64,000 bases of DNA from the human T2T-CHM13v2.0 reference genome, Homo sapiens. Where the stretch lies: the NCBI RefSeq assembly GCF_009914755.1, contig NC_060932.1; one strand, 5' to 3'. Shown piece by piece: positions 58,635 to 64,000 of this stretch. The first letter of the stretch is position 1; each line of letters begins with the position of its first letter. The notes under the pieces are model-generated. The model was given only the letters and a program-made list of their open reading frames with translations. It made no database searches and had not been told where the DNA came from. A program made the position numbers and the translations under genes.

Positions 58635-61595
58635 TAAGTGACCAGGGACTTCAAACCTAGATCTACCTATCAAAACATTATACCAATCCCTCATGCAAAC
58701 CGTATGTATAAGTATGGGCTTGTATTATATATATATATTTTTTCACTTGTTTATGCAACTTTTTCCATCTTTATAGACAGGTCTTTTACGTTACTATTTT
58801 CGGTGGCTATAATAGTGGACCATTTTATAGTTATTGAACTAGCTCTTAGATTTGAACATTAAGGTATTTCCCGTCCCCTAATTAAAAAAAAAACTTTATA
58901 TGACCATCTTCTTAATACTTAACCAGCAGTCGGTTCTAGATTTGTAGGGGACCTTGCCTGCACTGGGATGGCTTGGACACCTTCATTCTAAAATGTTCTG
59001 AAGCTTTAGGGAGGGAAGAAACCCCAGAAACTCCTTGGTTCCTGTGTTGGATTACCCACCAAAGATCTGAAGTCATGCCAGAGTCAACCAGCCTTCCTGC
59101 TGACCCTCATGCCCAGATTTCCTTGATTTTGCATCATTGCAACTGAAAAAAGATTTCAGACTGACAGGCAACCTTTTAGTGTTGGAAGGTAATCTGTTCA
59201 TCCCAGACCAGTGATCCTCATGAGATAGAATTACTTACTATTCCCCAGAAAGAAGCAGCTCAGTTAGTCTAAACTCTTGCAGTTTTCTTTTGGTATTTCA
59301 GTGCTTCTAACTAGGTTAGGATACCCTGTTCTCATATATGAACTCTGCAAGAATGAGTACAATTTTCAGGAATGAGAGGGCAGGAGGGGGGAGTTATTTA
59401 CATTAGCATTTGCCAAGTTTTCACTGTTTATCTTACCGGAAAGTCAACAGTGTGACTATTAACCTCCTGCATAATTAAAATTTGGGCCTTGTTATGGTTG
59501 TTCTTAAACTTGTGGTTAAATCTTTGTGATTTTTAGAAGGCAAAGAGATGGAGAGTAAAAGGAAGATAAAATATGGCTATTCAGGGGACTGAGGTACATG
59601 GACACCTGGAGCTGCTTGTTGTAAATTGGCAGGTTCATTGCAGCCGGTGGAATGAATGATAAGGGAATTGTGTAGGTCAGAGTCTCCCAAGGTACTTAGC
59701 CAGTTTTGTTTAATAAAGTTAAGTAGATTTTTTTGAGCAGATCACATTTCCCTGGTGAAGCTGGAGGGCTGTGAGATTTCTTTTAAAGAAAGTCTTCTGC
59801 TCTTAAATGAAGAGCATTGTTCTTATTTTAAAAATAAGTACATGAACACCAATATAATTAACAAAGCTCTATCTTCTAGTGATCATTAATTTAATCTTAG
59901 TACAAAAGAGCTGAACAATATGTCTGAGGCACGAAGAATGAGGAAGAAACAGTTAAACATGAGAAGTGGCTGAGGGCATACATTCCAAAGCACCACTCCC
60001 TGCCACCTCCCTCTGGTAGGTAATGACCCCAGATCATCTGATGAATCAAGGGATTGTTTTTGTACTGAGGATGGATTTCCTATAGCAGAGACAACATTAT
60101 TTATACCCCCAGATTGTATTCCTTACCTTTTTTCCTATATTAATGTCAGTTACTAATGTTACTGTTGTTTGACACTGTGCAGTAACTATATGCATGTCAA
60201 ATTCGCATTCAGTTTTTATAATGAACTAGGTGTTAGTTTTTATTTTTATCTGTTGCATCGGAGGCTGGCAGAGATTAGGTAAGTTATCCAATGTTGCACA
60301 GCTGGTAACATTTACAACTAAAGGACTTAAAGGGGAGAAACACCGGTTTGACTTTCAGGTGAAGCTTATTGAGTCACCTTTCACCACCATACGCATACAT
60401 TCTGGAATTACCCCATCTATAATACTGATACAAGGAAGTCATTTGTTCTTTTCTTGTCCATACCCTTTTCAGTGACCATCTCCTCACCCTCCAAAGAGTT
60501 CCCAGGTCTTTGGACACTTTTCAGATGACATACCACATCTTCCTAATAACCTGCCACTGTAAAATAAGGAGTTCCATTTCCAAATGGTTTCTAGTACATT
60601 CCGCTACCCACTCCCACCGAGGACCACCAGGATACATTCAGTTAAACAGGAATTACCTGTAGATAATCAGCATTACTGCCTGAAATCTGGGCTGGAAACA
60701 TAAATGATGATGATACTCAACCAGAGTTTGCCTCACAGCAGGTGCTCAGTGTTTGTTGAAGACAAACAGTTGTTAACCAAGATGAATTTAAATGTGAGAG
60801 TAGCCCTGACCAAATTGACATTTTTGGATCTTGTGGGCTTTATTCATGCTGGTCATAACTTCATTTAAGAATTAGCCTCATTTTATTTTTTGTAACTGGA
60901 GACTGCCCAGTTATTCATCCATTTTGTGGCCTCATGGCTTAACACTCTCAGAAAACATTTTTTATTCACTGCGATCATGGAGTATGCAGGGGGATTATCC
61001 TTCAGTGGCAACGTGGAACCTAGCCTGCCTCTGAAAGCAAGGGAGGTGAAGGAAAGCAACTCTCAGGCAACAGCAGATGTTTCCAGAAGTGGGGTTTTGT
61101 TTTGCACTGAAAATTTAATCCAAGGGCACCAGATTTTTAAAACATGAATGAATCAAAATAGGAGAGTTTGGAAAAGGAGGGCACTTTTGAGATGTCCACA
61201 CTTTGTTGCTAGCAGCTTTGTTACCTGTGGAGAGACGGTTCTGGGTCCATGGGTGGCTTTGCTCCTGTAGGTTTTTCTTGTTTCACAGTAATTGGCAGTA
61301 AAAGACTTTTCATATTCAAGTGTGATTGATCTAGCCTGGCTTAAAGAGATGATCAAATTCCTTGGCACACAGAAATGTTTAGCAGCCTTCTTCATATCCA
61401 TTGCCATTGTGGTGCCTGATAAATCTGGTGCTAGTGAATAAGTACTCATTACTCAAAGAAGTGTAGAACAGATCCTGTGGAATTTCTTTTCAGGACTAGT
61501 AACAGTATAATTTTTGCTTGTACACAAATCAGGTTTTTTCCCCCCACCAGAATGCCAGGTTAAATTATTTCAAGTCTATAAAAATTGTTTGTTTT

Positions 61596-62160
<565 letters not shown>

Positions 62161-63042
62161 TCTGGTTTCTAGGGATACATTAACATAATTTTAAAATAGG
62201 ATTTCAGTCGTTGATGTTTTTAACATTCCCTGTGGATAGATCAAGGGCAAGTAGCCCACGGCTAGCCAGCATAGATGGGGAACCAGAAGAACGGGGGTGG
62301 TGGAGTTGCTGAGTTCCTAGAGCAGGAGAAGGCCATGGGTGAGAGTGGGAGCTCAGTTCAGACACACAGCTTCATTCTGGAATTCCTCACGTGGCTCACA
62401 GAAGAGTTTGCTTATGTGTGTGTCTAGATTTATGTTATTTGTGCTATGAAGTATATTTTGGGGTTCTGATTCATCAGTTTCCTAGGTCAGTGGCAATCTC
62501 TTTAAAACTGATAACTATGACAAGTTAGTAGTTTCCACCTTTTTTCGTCAAGGACTGGAACCTTTGCAGATTTAAGAAAACTGACATTTTCTTAAAAGTC
62601 AAGGAAATGTGCTAAACTGTAAATCATTGGGTGGATTACATAATTCTGAAGTTTATATCCTCTTGCTAGTTTTAAGTTAGTTGTAGGCACTTTGTAATAT
62701 CGTTAATTTTAACTAACTTTTCTTGAATATGTTCTGTGTGCCAGACATATGTGCTAAGGATAGGAGATAACAGTTTTGTGAAGGACATAGACACAGAAAA
62801 AGAAAATTTTTCGTATAAGCAGTAGGTGCAGTGTTCAGGGTACACATAGCCTGTTTTGGGAGGTGTAAGAAAGGATATCTGGTCTTTACTGGATTTTCAA
62901 GAGTGCTCCATGCCTTGATGAAGACTCTTTTAGGCAGCACCTGTCCCAACTAAGAGTCCCTGCTAAGAAATGGAAAGTTCATTAGATCAGCTTCATTAAT
63001 TATCAAAGAAATCTACATTAAAATAATAGACTTTAATAACAT

Positions 63043-63152
63043 TTCTTTAGATATAGGGTGTCACTATGTTTGCCTAGGCTGGCCTTGAACTCCTGGCTTC
63101 AGGTGATCCTCCCACCTCAGCCTCTGTAGTAGCTGGGATTACAAGCATGTGC
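63043..63152 (-). mobile_element. FLAM monomer
   Basis: agatatagggtgtcactatgtttgcctaggctggccttgaactcctggc...gctgggattacaagcatg. Confidence 0.8.
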
Positions 63153-63304
63153 CCTGTTCTGTTTTTAAGGATGATTCCCAGTGTTGTTACATTAAAATTT
63201 GGTACAAATGTTGCTACTTTGGGGATTATACATTCAAACAGCACAGTTAGGTGTACTGAGATCCTTAAAAATGTTCATTTCTGAAAGCTTGGCAAGGTTA
63301 TCTG

Positions 63305-63445
63305 GAAGGCTGAGGAGAGAGGATCACATGGGCTCAGGAGTTGAAGTTGTAGTGCACATTGATGATCACACCTGTGAACAGCTGCTGCACTCCAGCCTGG
63401 GCAACATAGTGAGACCTTGTCTCTAAAATAAATCAATAAATAATG
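63305..63445 (+). mobile_element. FAM monomer fragment, followed by an L2 3' end
   Basis: gatgatcacacctgtgaacagctgctgcactccagcctgggcaacatagtgagacc (7SL-like FAM segment). Confidence 0.75.
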
Positions 63446-63446
63446 A

Positions 63447-63891
<445 letters not shown>

Positions 63892-64000
63892 TAGAGATGT
63901 ACCCAAGCAGCAATTTCAATTTCATTGAAAAGACACCTCTGCCTCCCCTTGCTGTCATAACCATCCTTCTCCCTTGCTCCCTTTCCTCCCTCACCAAATA

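Overview
This is primate (most likely human or great ape) genomic DNA, almost entirely intronic. It lies inside the + strand gene RBPMS (RNA-binding protein with multiple splicing). Four coding exons are visible with canonical AG/GT boundaries: 2540-2617, 5561-5599, 7077-7139 and 32041-32191. Together they encode the single RRM (RNP2 LFVSGL, RNP1 PVGFVSF) and the start of the Pro-rich C-terminal region. The first coding exon and the downstream exons lie outside the window. The rest is intron containing about 40 Alu/FLAM/FRAM pieces, L1 3' ends, MIR and L2 fragments, an MLT1 LTR, MER5/MER20/Charlie1 DNA-transposon relics and microsatellites. Nearly all ORFs in the supplied track are Alu or microsatellite artefacts. 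I found no prokaryotic-type system (CRISPR, operon). The best leads are: (1) a 66-bp tail-less insertion at 48439 that appears copied from a FLAM 1.5 kb downstream and sits between 12-bp direct repeats; (2) a circRNA-prone exon block in which back-splicing from exon 4 or exon 5 to exon 2 creates a new AUG, and the exon 2-4 circle is a stop-free 180-nt frame; (3) a CRE+TATA module and CArG/MCAT clusters in intron 4; (4) several atypical retrotransposition or repair scars. Repeat subfamily names and boundaries were assigned by eye and are approximate.
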